In this document: positions 29,748 through 39,289 of the stretch, piece after piece
Layout of the letters: the number at the start of each line of letters is the position of its first letter
Numbering within the stretch: position 1 is the stretch's first letter
DNA from: an uncultured Thermococci archaeon
GTDB lineage: Archaea; Methanobacteriota_B; Thermococci; Methanofastidiosales; B48-G16
Assembly: GCA_964595645.1 (NCBI GenBank)
Contig: CAZQQT010000001.1
Span: 239,745 to 303,744, forward strand
DNA: 64,000 nt
Direction: 5' to 3'
The notes under the pieces: generated by a model
Databases searched by the model: none
Seen by the model: only the letters and a program-made list of their open reading frames with translations
Told to the model about the DNA's origin: nothing
Program-made: the position numbers and the translations under genes

Positions 29748-31871
29748 ATGAGAGTAAAAAAAATAGGCGCCATCTTAGCTGGTGCTGTGATGATTGGTAG
29801 TGCTGTGGCAGCTGCATGGAGCCCGGCAGACAATACGGATTTTTTTGTCGATCCTGAAACAGGAGAGCCAAATGCCGTCGTTGTCGTCGGTGCCAACGCA
29901 GCAGCTTCGGACGTTACAGCAGCCGGCTGGATCGCCGCACAAATTGGAAACATGGCCCATTATGAAGAGGTCACCAAGGAAGCAGTCACAGAAACATGGG
30001 ACTCTGGGCCCTACTATGACGACGATCAGGGAGACAACTTAGTGACCCAGGACGACAATGGTTCAAACAACGCTGACGTGATACTCGTTGGAAACGACGA
30101 CGGAGATTTCACACCGTATCCACCGTACGATGAGCTGAGTACCCTCTGGTGGGAAGATGCAAATCTCAACGATGTACTGGACAACACTGAGAAGCGAGAA
30201 GAGATATATGTGAACCTGACGCACGACTGGCAGTTTGTCAAAGATTCAAATGGATCAGTGGTGCAGTACATCTATCCGATAGTACCGGCTGGACCGAACT
30301 ATGGATTTGAGTACAGAGTTGTTCTGGAACATTTCCCCGATCCAATAATTTGGTTCGGTGGAAAGTTCAACTGGACGCCGTACTACCTATACCAGGAACC
30401 GAACACGATTAAGTTCCTCTGCGAGAACTACGATCTCCTCGGCATAGGATATGACGACGATGTCGGAAATTACATCTACTACGGAACCCCGCACTGGTCG
30501 GAGACCGAGTGTCGAGGCGACGACGAGATGATCTTCGATGTTGGCGAGACCAAATCCTTCTACGGCTGGGAGGTCACGCTCGACGATATCAACATCTACG
30601 AAGGCAAGGCCCAGTGGCTGATCAAGGGACCGGAAGACGAGGAACCCTGTGAGTATCTTGTACAGGCTTCACAGTTCCGACCGGATCTTACGGGAACTGT
30701 TCCCGACTTGGAGTTTTGGCCAGGAAATTATCAAGCGCCTGAAACAGGTATGCCATGGGTTGTATACTACGAATTGTTGATAACGCCTGTGGAAGCTGGC
30801 GGTTTCGGACTTACCCACCAGGCAGCGTACAACGAGCTGAAATACGTAGCAAACAACCTTCCTGAGCATGAAGCCCCCTTCCTGTGGAGATGCTTCGCAC
30901 AGAACCAGAACAAACCCTGTGAGTACGATGTCATCGGAATCACGGACGACATCTGTGATATCGAGGATGTCACGGTCTTCGCACTGGACACGGAGAAACT
31001 CTTCGTCGGTGCAGCGGGCCACAACAAGGCTGAAGTGAGGCTCTACGCACTGGAAGGCTACGGTATCATCCACGACGCCGTCTGTATCCAACCCTGCGGA
31101 CCGGAAGGTGCACAGTGGGCACTGGATGTTGACCCGGGCAACTATGACATTGAGTACGGAGACGATGCAGGTACTGGTGCTAACGGCTACCTCGATCCAA
31201 CTGGAACACCAAACTACTACTCGAATCAACACAATGACGACTGGCCCAATAATTCTGGTACCGAACCAATACCAGACTTCAGAGATGGTGTGACTGAGGC
31301 ATTCATCGGTCTGAAACTGATGAACCTCATCGACGTGCGCGTCTGCGGATCCGCACGGACGATCCCGCTCTGCTGCTTCGATATCCCGCAGTGTGGCGTG
31401 GACGACTACTACATCAACACGGGAGACGCGCCCAAGTACCTGGAGCTGAACATCGACGACTCCGGTGACCTCGAGCACACAGATCTTGTTGTTGAGGGCG
31501 GATTCTCCGTCACCCACTACAAGGGCGAAACGGTCACTACAGAGCTCAAGTCAGTCAAGATTGACCCGATGAGCATCGTGGTCAACGATGACGAGGTCAC
31601 CGAGACCATCAAAGCGACCAACAACTTAGTTCTTGTCGGCGGACCAGGACTTGTCGTCTGTGTCGGTGCAGAACCGCAGGTTGCCAACACACTGACAAAA
31701 GACCTCGTGGACCAGGGCAAATCAACAGTTGATTGGGAAGCATCACCCGGTGAGTACGAGTACATTGCCGACGCCTTTGTCGACGGCCAGGATGTTGTTA
31801 TCATTGCCGGTGCAGACAGAGATGCGACCAAGGCAGCTGCCGAATCCCTGATTAACGACCTGACTGCTTAA
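29748..31871 (+). CDS. S-layer protein, paralogue 2
   Basis: Same N- and C-terminal S-layer signatures as paralogue 1, with collinear conserved blocks. Confidence 0.9.
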   Translation: MRVKKIGAILAGAVMIGSAVAAAWSPADNTDFFVDPETGEPNAVVVVGANAAASDVTAAGWIAAQIGNMAHYEEVTKEAVTETWDSGPYYDDDQGDNLVTQDDNGSNNADVILVGNDDGDFTPYPPYDELSTLWWEDANLNDVLDNTEKREEIYVNLTHDWQFVKDSNGSVVQYIYPIVPAGPNYGFEYRVVLEHFPDPIIWFGGKFNWTPYYLYQEPNTIKFLCENYDLLGIGYDDDVGNYIYYGTPHWSETECRGDDEMIFDVGETKSFYGWEVTLDDINIYEGKAQWLIKGPEDEEPCEYLVQASQFRPDLTGTVPDLEFWPGNYQAPETGMPWVVYYELLITPVEAGGFGLTHQAAYNELKYVANNLPEHEAPFLWRCFAQNQNKPCEYDVIGITDDICDIEDVTVFALDTEKLFVGAAGHNKAEVRLYALEGYGIIHDAVCIQPCGPEGAQWALDVDPGNYDIEYGDDAGTGANGYLDPTGTPNYYSNQHNDDWPNNSGTEPIPDFRDGVTEAFIGLKLMNLIDVRVCGSARTIPLCCFDIPQCGVDDYYINTGDAPKYLELNIDDSGDLEHTDLVVEGGFSVTHYKGETVTTELKSVKIDPMSIVVNDDEVTETIKATNNLVLVGGPGLVVCVGAEPQVANTLTKDLVDQGKSTVDWEASPGEYEYIADAFVDGQDVVIIAGADRDATKAAAESLINDLTA

Positions 31872-31876
31872 AAAAT

Positions 31877-31908
31877 CTTTCCTTTTTTTCTTTTTAGTTC
31901 TCTTTTTT
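31877..31908 (+). terminator. T-rich archaeal terminator
   Basis: Several T runs after the stop, in a convergent intergenic gap. Confidence 0.55.
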
Positions 31909-33352
31909 AAATTCGCTTATTAAAATAGTTGAATGGTTTTGTAGGGAGACCTCTATTTCTTTGCGTGTCTTTTCCTTCGTTAGATTCTTCTTCTGGTTTT
32001 TTCGTTACTTCTTTCTTCGTATTCTTTTTCTTCCCGCTTTCTGACCAATTCTGACCAAGAATCGTGAGGAATGTGAGTGATATCATGACGAAGAAGACAG
32101 TAAGTGGTTTTTTCCGCGGCTGATCTTCATGAGCTTCAGTACGCGGCGACGATGTAGTGTGCTGTGCGGGCGGCCTGGTGGTAGGAGTTTTTGTTGTCGG
32201 TACTGGTGTTTCCACGGTGATAGGAAGTGTTGTTGTCTCATCGTTCAACGTGACCTTCAGGGTATCGTGTTCCGTTTTTGGCGAGAGCTCCACCTCCATC
32301 TCTTTGGATTCGTGGTACTCAAGTGTTCCGGTCCACTGGACGTTCGTATCCATCCCTGAGATGCTTACGTCCACCTCGGCGAGTCCTCTCCCAGTGTTCG
32401 TCACCGTGAGTGTATAGGATTTCTGTTCGTCTACCATCACAGAGAGCGGGTTGTACTCGAGTTCCACCTGCGGATCATGCGTTGTAATGTCGATATCCTC
32501 AGCGTACACCGTCATGGTGCCTCCTTGGTACACCAACCAGCCGATACTCGTCACGATAATCGTGTTCTCTTTTAGAAGGTGGGTATGATCTTCCACAGAG
32601 ATCACGTCGTCATTGATGGAGACATCCTTCCCATTTACAGTGACGATATCTTTCTCCTGTATACTGAAGCGCTCCTTCGTGAGAATTCGAAACCGTGTAG
32701 GGGCATAGATCCGAAATATGCTGTTATTGTTGATTGTTTCCATTTCAATAGTAATATCATGCCATAGTTCGACCCTTTCTCCTGAGGGGAGGTTGGCACC
32801 CTCCTTGCTCTGCTTTTCACCGTTTACATAGAATACATAGAAAAGATCATTGTTGTATGCGGACAGGTGAAACGAGTAGAGGTTCTGTGAATCTCCCATG
32901 TAGATGATGACGTCATCATCTTTGATGATTTTCTCGTACAAGGGCCTTTCGTCATGGTCGTACCTGTTCTCATAGAAGATAGTGAGGCTGACGTAGCCAT
33001 CATTAAAGGCGATTTTATTGATTTTCACCTTCTTGAGGATAATATCTTTGAATTTTTTGTTGATCTCAGTGTCACCATATTTTAGGTGGAGATACTCTTT
33101 TTCCCACCGTATCGTGTCGTTATCTATCTGGGCGATCTGGATGCCCGCGGTAAATACACAGCGGGAACCGTCCCAGTAGACTGAATCACACTTGTCCCAG
33201 TCTACGAGCTTTACCCTGTACGTGTACTGTGGACCTTCAAAGGTAGCAGGGGTTTCCCACGTGATGTGGAGATCCACACTGTGATCTTGACTACTTTGAA
33301 GGAACGGCGTTGCCAGTAACACCACTACTAACAATGTTGTCCATTTTTTCAT
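31907..33352 (-). CDS. Secreted, membrane-anchored surface protein (Ig-like domain, Thr/Pro linker, C-terminal TM)
   Basis: Signal MKKWTTLLVVVLLA (start 33352), LTVTNTGRG (CARDB-like), PTTKTPTTRPP linker, TM helix and Lys-rich tail. Confidence 0.7.
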   Translation of the reverse strand: MKKWTTLLVVVLLATPFLQSSQDHSVDLHITWETPATFEGPQYTYRVKLVDWDKCDSVYWDGSRCVFTAGIQIAQIDNDTIRWEKEYLHLKYGDTEINKKFKDIILKKVKINKIAFNDGYVSLTIFYENRYDHDERPLYEKIIKDDDVIIYMGDSQNLYSFHLSAYNNDLFYVFYVNGEKQSKEGANLPSGERVELWHDITIEMETINNNSIFRIYAPTRFRILTKERFSIQEKDIVTVNGKDVSINDDVISVEDHTHLLKENTIIVTSIGWLVYQGGTMTVYAEDIDITTHDPQVELEYNPLSVMVDEQKSYTLTVTNTGRGLAEVDVSISGMDTNVQWTGTLEYHESKEMEVELSPKTEHDTLKVTLNDETTTLPITVETPVPTTKTPTTRPPAQHTTSSPRTEAHEDQPRKKPLTVFFVMISLTFLTILGQNWSESGKKKNTKKEVTKKPEEESNEGKDTQRNRGLPTKPFNYFNKRI

Positions 33353-33453
33353 AGGACCACCGATGAGCAACAATCCATACTATGCATAGTACTCTCTTAT
33401 TTTTAAAGGTTTGGATGATAAATTTTAAATACCCTCCAATGAAAGGGCCTTTC

Positions 33454-34794
33454 ATGAAATCAAAAATGTGCTTCACAGTACTCCTATCTGTATTATTGAT
33501 TTCTACCTATATAAATGTAACTTTTGGAGAGACGGACGCTCCTCACGTGGATCTGCCGCCACGAGGGTACGCTTCGTTCGGGGAGGAATATATTATCCCC
33601 GTGACTCTCAAAAATGATACCGGAGGAGATATTTGGAAGTGTAAGGTAGCGATTGATACCGAGACGCCTCCAGAGGATCTTCCCTACGAGATAGTGAAGG
33701 GCGAGGCAGAAACCACAGACATCCCGGAATTGAAGGGAAAGTTCGAAGAAGGTGTAGAGGTCACCCTCGATCTCATTATCAAATTTAAAACAGCCGCTTC
33801 TGCAGGTGATTATACCATCCCTATTCTTGTCACAGGATTTAAAACAGCATGTCAACGAGAAGGCGAGTATTGTCAGCCGTTACGACCCAAAAAAGACGAA
33901 ATGAAGGTTACCCTCATTATACGAAAACCGATCCTCTTAATTGATCTTGAAAATGAGTTCAGTGTGCGAGAAGGAGACACACTGGAAATACCATTTACCG
34001 TACGAAACGTGGGTACGGCAACTGCCTCGAAACTTTCCGTGACCTACCATATGGACGATGCACTACTGGGGAACATTGAAACCCCCGAGATGCCAAAAGA
34101 TGCGAATGCCAGCGAAGAGATTGATACGAAACTGCACCTCGATACCACAGGAATATCCTATGGAGTGTACCCGTTAACCGTACAGGCGGCATACTTCGAT
34201 CTCAAAGATACAAGAAAAACAGTGGAGAAAGAAACGACCATTCACATTCTGGGACCCAGTGAAGAGGAAATCTATCAAAAAAAGCTCGAGAATGCGAAAA
34301 CGGTCGAGAACGAAGCAAGGAACCTTCTGACCAACGATGAGTTTAATAAAGCATTGAAAAAGTATAAAGAAGCCAAAACGCTCTATGAAGAGCTGGAAAT
34401 CTCCACAAAGGTCAACGAGATGGATTCTAATATAACACTGATAAATCAGACCCTTTTGAAAATAGAAAAGGACACGGCGGAGGCCGATCAGCTCTTTCAA
34501 GAAGGAGAACAGTATATGCAGAACGAAAACTACTCTGCTGCATTAGAAAAAATAAATAAAGCAAAGATAATATATACACGTCTATTTAATTTAACAAAAG
34601 ATAACGAAACGTATAAAACACTGTATGAGACTCACATCAGTGAGTGCGAGGAAAAAATACAACTATCAGAAGACAAAATTGAGGAAAGTACCAACCCAAT
34701 TGAGGTACCAGAACCAAAGGTTGCCTTTGTTGCGGCGATTGTACTGCTCCTTGCAGCATTGGTATTCGGCGTTGTGCTTATGAGAAGAGAGTAA
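33454..34794 (+). CDS. Secreted Ig-like + TPR-like membrane-anchored protein
   Basis: Signal peptide, VTLKN and VRNVGT Ig-like domains, helical repeats (ADQLFQEGEQYMQNENYSAA), C-terminal TM + RRE. Start set to ATG 33454. Confidence 0.7.
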   Translation: MKSKMCFTVLLSVLLISTYINVTFGETDAPHVDLPPRGYASFGEEYIIPVTLKNDTGGDIWKCKVAIDTETPPEDLPYEIVKGEAETTDIPELKGKFEEGVEVTLDLIIKFKTAASAGDYTIPILVTGFKTACQREGEYCQPLRPKKDEMKVTLIIRKPILLIDLENEFSVREGDTLEIPFTVRNVGTATASKLSVTYHMDDALLGNIETPEMPKDANASEEIDTKLHLDTTGISYGVYPLTVQAAYFDLKDTRKTVEKETTIHILGPSEEEIYQKKLENAKTVENEARNLLTNDEFNKALKKYKEAKTLYEELEISTKVNEMDSNITLINQTLLKIEKDTAEADQLFQEGEQYMQNENYSAALEKINKAKIIYTRLFNLTKDNETYKTLYETHISECEEKIQLSEDKIEESTNPIEVPEPKVAFVAAIVLLLAALVFGVVLMRRE

Positions 34795-34805
34795 AAGGTG
34801 AGATA

Positions 34806-35900
34806 ATGAAGAAAAAACTTGTATTACTACTAATAGTGCTAATAGGAACACCGTGGCTACGAGGCTACGACAACGTAACGCTGGACTATGAGTATCCTTC
34901 GCAGGTGCTCGTAGGTGAGACTGTAGAGATCACCGTTACCCTTACCAATACTGCAGGAGACAATGTCTGGGGCAGTAAGGTCAGTATTAACAAGGAGGGA
35001 ATCTCTGAGAAGGCACTTCCCTACATTGATTTCGTGCAGGACGAAGCGAAGTTCAAAGCACCCATACGCTACAAAATGAATGATGAAATACAGACGGATC
35101 AGGTAACCTTAAAATTCCGGTATACGGAGGGAATCCGAGGAGGAACGTACACCATTCCCATCGTATTTTCTGGAAGGATCGGTCCGTGCAAGGAGGGGTG
35201 TGTCCCTCTTCCAACACAGGAAAAGAAGATACGGATATCAGCTATCGTGCCAAAACCTCGTCTTACTTTCAACGTGAACAAACGGATCGAGACGTCAACA
35301 GATACGGCGGAAGTCCCCTTCATTTTAAAGAATACGGGGACAGGTAAGGCAAAGAATATCGTGCTTACCACGAGCCCTCCAGACATTCCATCTGAGGTTG
35401 AGCTCGAGGGCAAAGAGCTGGCACCCAGTGCCGAGCTGCAAGGCACTATCGTTTTCGATACATCCGAGGTTTCTTCGGGAGTCTACACACTCAATATCGA
35501 CCTGACCTATACTGATGACAACCTCAATAACTCGCAGACTCAAGCCACCGTTGATCTCGTGGTCAACAAACACAACACATCCCCGACGACTACCACCCCG
35601 CCCTCAACAGCAGCACCGAAGGGCGACACGTACTACGAGCAGGGGATGCAGTATCTCTCAGAAAAAGCGTATACAAAGGCTATACAGTCTTTTATAGAGG
35701 CGAAAGTCCAATATTTGGAGGTGGGTGATACAGAAAAAGCATTAGAGTGCGAGGCAAAGATAAACGGCACCCTCACATCGATCACAGCAGAAAAAGAAGA
35801 AAATATGGATGACTACTCGTTAATTATAGGGACGCTCGCCGGCTCGGCGCTGAGCGGAATGGCACTCATTGGATGGCTCTACAACAGAAAGATCATTTAA
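34806..35900 (+). CDS. Secreted Ig-like + TPR-like membrane-anchored protein (paralogue of upstream gene)
   Basis: Same architecture: VTLTN, YTIPI, CxxxCVPL, LKNTGT, Thr/Pro linker, TPR-like helix pair and TM. Confidence 0.7.
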   Translation: MKKKLVLLLIVLIGTPWLRGYDNVTLDYEYPSQVLVGETVEITVTLTNTAGDNVWGSKVSINKEGISEKALPYIDFVQDEAKFKAPIRYKMNDEIQTDQVTLKFRYTEGIRGGTYTIPIVFSGRIGPCKEGCVPLPTQEKKIRISAIVPKPRLTFNVNKRIETSTDTAEVPFILKNTGTGKAKNIVLTTSPPDIPSEVELEGKELAPSAELQGTIVFDTSEVSSGVYTLNIDLTYTDDNLNNSQTQATVDLVVNKHNTSPTTTTPPSTAAPKGDTYYEQGMQYLSEKAYTKAIQSFIEAKVQYLEVGDTEKALECEAKINGTLTSITAEKEENMDDYSLIIGTLAGSALSGMALIGWLYNRKII

Positions 35901-36943
35901 AGGTGTAGGAGATCGTCGCTCTCCAGTGTTTTTGCGAGGAGCACTGCTGCATTCTCCACATCCCGTATGTCCACACACTCAACGGTGGAGTGAACGAACC
36001 GGGTGGGTATCGAGAGGGTTGTGGAGATCACTCCCTCCTTGGTGAGGTGAATCGTTCCTGCATCCGTTCCTCCCCTGGTGAGAATGTTTCTCTGTACGGG
36101 AATCTCGTGCTCTTCGGCGATTTTCTCTAAAAATGCGTTGAGTTTTCTATGACCGATCACCGTTCTATCCATAATGGTGACTGCAGGACCCTTCCCCAGT
36201 TTTGTTACTACCTTATGATCCTCTACATCCGGTATATCCATCGCGAGTGTCACATCCACTGCGATAGCGAGATCCGGGGTGATTTTATATCCAGAGACCT
36301 TGGCTCCTCGGAGTCCCACTTCCTCCTGTGTTGTCGCGACGAAGTACGTATCATACGCAGGCTCTTCCAGCCGTTTCATCGTTTCCAGTAGCGTGAACAC
36401 ACCGATTCTGTCATCCATTGATTTGCACGTGTACTTGTTCTCTCCGAGCTTCTTTAGATCTTCATCATAGGTGATAATCGTCCCAATCTCGATTCCTTTT
36501 TCCAGGACATCATCTTTACTTTCTGCACCGATATCGACAAAAATGTCCTCGATCTCCGGTTCTTTCTTCTTTTTATCCTTCTCATCTTTCTTTTTTGCAT
36601 GAGGAGGTAGTACACCCATCACTCCAGGATATTTTTTGTCTCCGTGGACAGTAACCCTCCTGCTGAGGAGCGTTTTCACGTTGATTCCTCCCACAGGCGA
36701 AATGTAGATGAACCCGTTGTCGTCAATATGGCTGACAACGAATCCGATCTCATCCATATGGGCGGCGAGCATTACCTTCCCTTCGCCCTTTCCTCTCTTC
36801 AGGCCGATAACGTTCCCCAGTGTGTCTCGCTCCACGGTGTCCGCGTACTTCTCCATCTCGGACCGAATGATCGCGGCGACCTCGTCTTCGTAGCCGGACA
36901 CACCGGTAGCCTCTACTAATTTCCCTAGAAGTTCAATATCCAT
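35897..36943 (-). CDS. M42 family (TET) aminopeptidase
   Basis: AHMDE, SMDDR, QEEVGLRG, AVD, GGTDAG, RFVHS. Confidence 0.93.
   Translation of the reverse strand: MDIELLGKLVEATGVSGYEDEVAAIIRSEMEKYADTVERDTLGNVIGLKRGKGEGKVMLAAHMDEIGFVVSHIDDNGFIYISPVGGINVKTLLSRRVTVHGDKKYPGVMGVLPPHAKKKDEKDKKKKEPEIEDIFVDIGAESKDDVLEKGIEIGTIITYDEDLKKLGENKYTCKSMDDRIGVFTLLETMKRLEEPAYDTYFVATTQEEVGLRGAKVSGYKITPDLAIAVDVTLAMDIPDVEDHKVVTKLGKGPAVTIMDRTVIGHRKLNAFLEKIAEEHEIPVQRNILTRGGTDAGTIHLTKEGVISTTLSIPTRFVHSTVECVDIRDVENAAVLLAKTLESDDLLHL
36744..36897. repeat. 154-bp perfect direct repeat, copy 1 (copy 2 at 38769-38922)
   Basis: Base-by-base identical; encodes GYEDEVAAIIR...AAHMDEIG in two M42 genes. Confidence 0.92.
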
Positions 36944-37946
36944 AAAAATCACCTTTTTTTGACTCTATTCTCTTTAAAATGTTATATACAAGTTTTTTCA
37001 TATTGGTATAATCGTGTACGTTCCCGATGGATACGGGAGCATGAATGTAGCGGGTGGGCAAGGATATGACACCGGAAGGAATTCCCTCCTTCGTGAGGTG
37101 AATGGCACCCGCATCTGTCCCACCTGCAAAGGGGCGTTTTATCTGGTACGGGATCTCACTCTCCTTGGCTGTCGCTTTAAAGAATTTTACAAGAGCTGGA
37201 TCACAGATAATGGATCTATCGGCAAAGGTGATCACCGGTCCCTCGCCGTACTTGGGAATCTGGAGCGTCTTTTTCACATCGGGAGTATCACTGGCAAAGG
37301 TCCCCTCGAGCACAATACAGACATCGGGCTCGATATCGTGGGCTACTACTCGTGCGCCCCGGAGTCCTACCTCTTCCTGCACGGTGAACGCACCGTAAAA
37401 TGAGAATGAAAAGTCCTCTTGGAGCATATCGAGGATAATACTGCATCCTACCCTATCATCAAATGCCTTCCCGGTGAACCGTTCATTCGTTTTATTGAAT
37501 CGGGTGTCAAAGTAGATGGGATCACCGTTCTCCACTATCTTTTCCGCGTCCTCTTTGTCGTTGGCACCGATATCTATGTACAGATCATCAGATTTTACTA
37601 CCCTTTTTCGTTCCTTTTTCTCCAAAAGATGAACAGCTTTGCTCCCTATGACTCCATTTACTTTCTCCTTTCCTATTACCACACGTTTTGACATGAGTAC
37701 TCTGTCATCGATCCCTCCAGCTTTCTTGAAGAGAATATATCCGTCTTCATCGATATCTCTCACAATGAGTCCGACCTCATCCATATGAGCGGCGAGCATC
37801 ACCGTCAGGTCGCTCCCTTCTTTGTACGATATCAGGTTTCCAAGCACATCCGTCCGGTATGACGGCAGATGCGGTTTGATGAGATCTCTCACTTCGTCCT
37901 CGAACCCTGGGATCCCATGGGCATTGGAGAGTTCCTCTAAAAGCAT
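36933..37946 (-). CDS. M42 family (TET) aminopeptidase
   Basis: AHMDE, AFDDR, QEEVG, VLEG, GGTDAG, RYIHA. Start set to MLLEELSN (37946). Confidence 0.93.
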   Translation of the reverse strand: MLLEELSNAHGIPGFEDEVRDLIKPHLPSYRTDVLGNLISYKEGSDLTVMLAAHMDEVGLIVRDIDEDGYILFKKAGGIDDRVLMSKRVVIGKEKVNGVIGSKAVHLLEKKERKRVVKSDDLYIDIGANDKEDAEKIVENGDPIYFDTRFNKTNERFTGKAFDDRVGCSIILDMLQEDFSFSFYGAFTVQEEVGLRGARVVAHDIEPDVCIVLEGTFASDTPDVKKTLQIPKYGEGPVITFADRSIICDPALVKFFKATAKESEIPYQIKRPFAGGTDAGAIHLTKEGIPSGVISLPTRYIHAPVSIGNVHDYTNMKKLVYNILKRIESKKGDFYGY

Positions 37947-38965
37947 GATAATCCCTCCAGTACAGTCGTATCCAGCGAGGAGATACACACAGAGAGTAAT
38001 TTCACACAGTTCTCTACATCCTTCAAATCTGCTGTCTCTACGGATGTATGCATGTACCGCAGGGGGATGGACACAACGCCTGTGGCAATCCCGCTCTTCA
38101 CTATCTGAAGTGATACGGCATCGGTACCGCTCATTCCCGGCAGTACCTCCACTTGGTATGGAATTTCTTCTTTTTTTGCCGTATTCTTGATCATTTTGAA
38201 TACCTTGGGACTGATATTTGGCCCCATACCGATACATGGACCTTTTCCAAGATTGTAGGTGTTCTTCTTCGCATTCTTGGAACGTCCGTGGGCGACATCA
38301 AGAGCGATGGCAATATCTGGAAAAATCTTGTACCCAGAAACAGTCGCACCCCGCGCCCCAACTTCCTCCTGTGTTGTCGCGACGAAGTACGCGTCACAAG
38401 GAGGGGATTTCAGTTGTTTCATCGTTTCCAGCAGCGTATAGACGCAGATCCTATTGTCAAGAGCCTTCCCCGTGACACGATCATGTGCGAGTTTCGTGAA
38501 GTGTGTGTGTATTGTGGCACGATCTCCCACTGTAATACGAGATGTGGTCGTCTCTTCAGGGAGACCAAGATCGATCACGAGATCCTCCATGGTTATCGCT
38601 TTTTTTCTCTCTTCTTTTTTCTGTATGTGGGGCGGTTTTGCACCAATCACACCGCGGTACTTTCCTTCATCAGTGACCACAGTGACTTCCTGTCCAAGGA
38701 GTATCCTGGGATCAACCCCACCCATGGGTGCAAAGCGAAGAAATTTCCCTACATGGGTAATTACAAACCCGATCTCATCCATATGGGCGGCGAGCATTAC
38801 CTTCCCTTCGCCCTTTCCTCTCTTCAGGCCGATAACGTTCCCCAGTGTGTCTCGCTCCACGGTGTCCGCGTACTTCTCCATCTCGGACCGAATGATCGCG
38901 GCGACCTCGTCTTCGTAGCCGGGAACTCCTATGGTATTTGAGAGCTGTTCTAACATCTCATTCAC
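37937..38965 (-). CDS. M42 family (TET) aminopeptidase
   Basis: AHMDE, ALDNR, QEEVG, ALD, SGTDA, RYMHT. Confidence 0.93.
   Translation of the reverse strand: MNEMLEQLSNTIGVPGYEDEVAAIIRSEMEKYADTVERDTLGNVIGLKRGKGEGKVMLAAHMDEIGFVITHVGKFLRFAPMGGVDPRILLGQEVTVVTDEGKYRGVIGAKPPHIQKKEERKKAITMEDLVIDLGLPEETTTSRITVGDRATIHTHFTKLAHDRVTGKALDNRICVYTLLETMKQLKSPPCDAYFVATTQEEVGARGATVSGYKIFPDIAIALDVAHGRSKNAKKNTYNLGKGPCIGMGPNISPKVFKMIKNTAKKEEIPYQVEVLPGMSGTDAVSLQIVKSGIATGVVSIPLRYMHTSVETADLKDVENCVKLLSVCISSLDTTVLEGLSCF
38769..38922. repeat. 154-bp perfect direct repeat, copy 2
   Basis: Identical to 36744-36897. Confidence 0.92.
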
Positions 38966-39188
38966 TGGAGATCATGGTCGATGTTACTTCAATATCGTCG
39001 ATGCTTCGTATTTTGTCTACCACGAAGGTATCAAGTCGTTTGAGATCGTCGAGTTTCACCTTAGCAATGACGTCGTACTCACCATACACCACGTGGGCTT
39101 CCACTACTTCCTTCAGTTCCAGTAGTTTGTTCATTACAGCGTTTTCCTTTCCCGCATGGGTCACACACAGGACGAATGCAACTACCAT
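38958..39188 (-). CDS. Stand-alone Lrp/AsnC ligand-binding (RAM) domain protein
   Basis: AFVL...VVEAHVVYGEYDVIAKV...IRSIDDIEVTSTMI. No HTH domain. Confidence 0.9.
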   Translation of the reverse strand: MVVAFVLCVTHAGKENAVMNKLLELKEVVEAHVVYGEYDVIAKVKLDDLKRLDTFVVDKIRSIDDIEVTSTMISSE

Positions 39189-39289
39189 TGTATCACCACC
39201 ATACACTACTTAATACTGTATTTAAAGCTTTCTATCGTCCCGAAAAAACTGTATGACACTTATTTAAATCCTCCCATCTTATCCATTTC

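Noticed and set aside
27000-31900. Invertible promoter or diversity-generating retroelement acting on the S-layer genes
   Set aside because: I saw no flanking inverted repeats, recombinase or reverse transcriptase, and paralogue differences are not adenine-specific.
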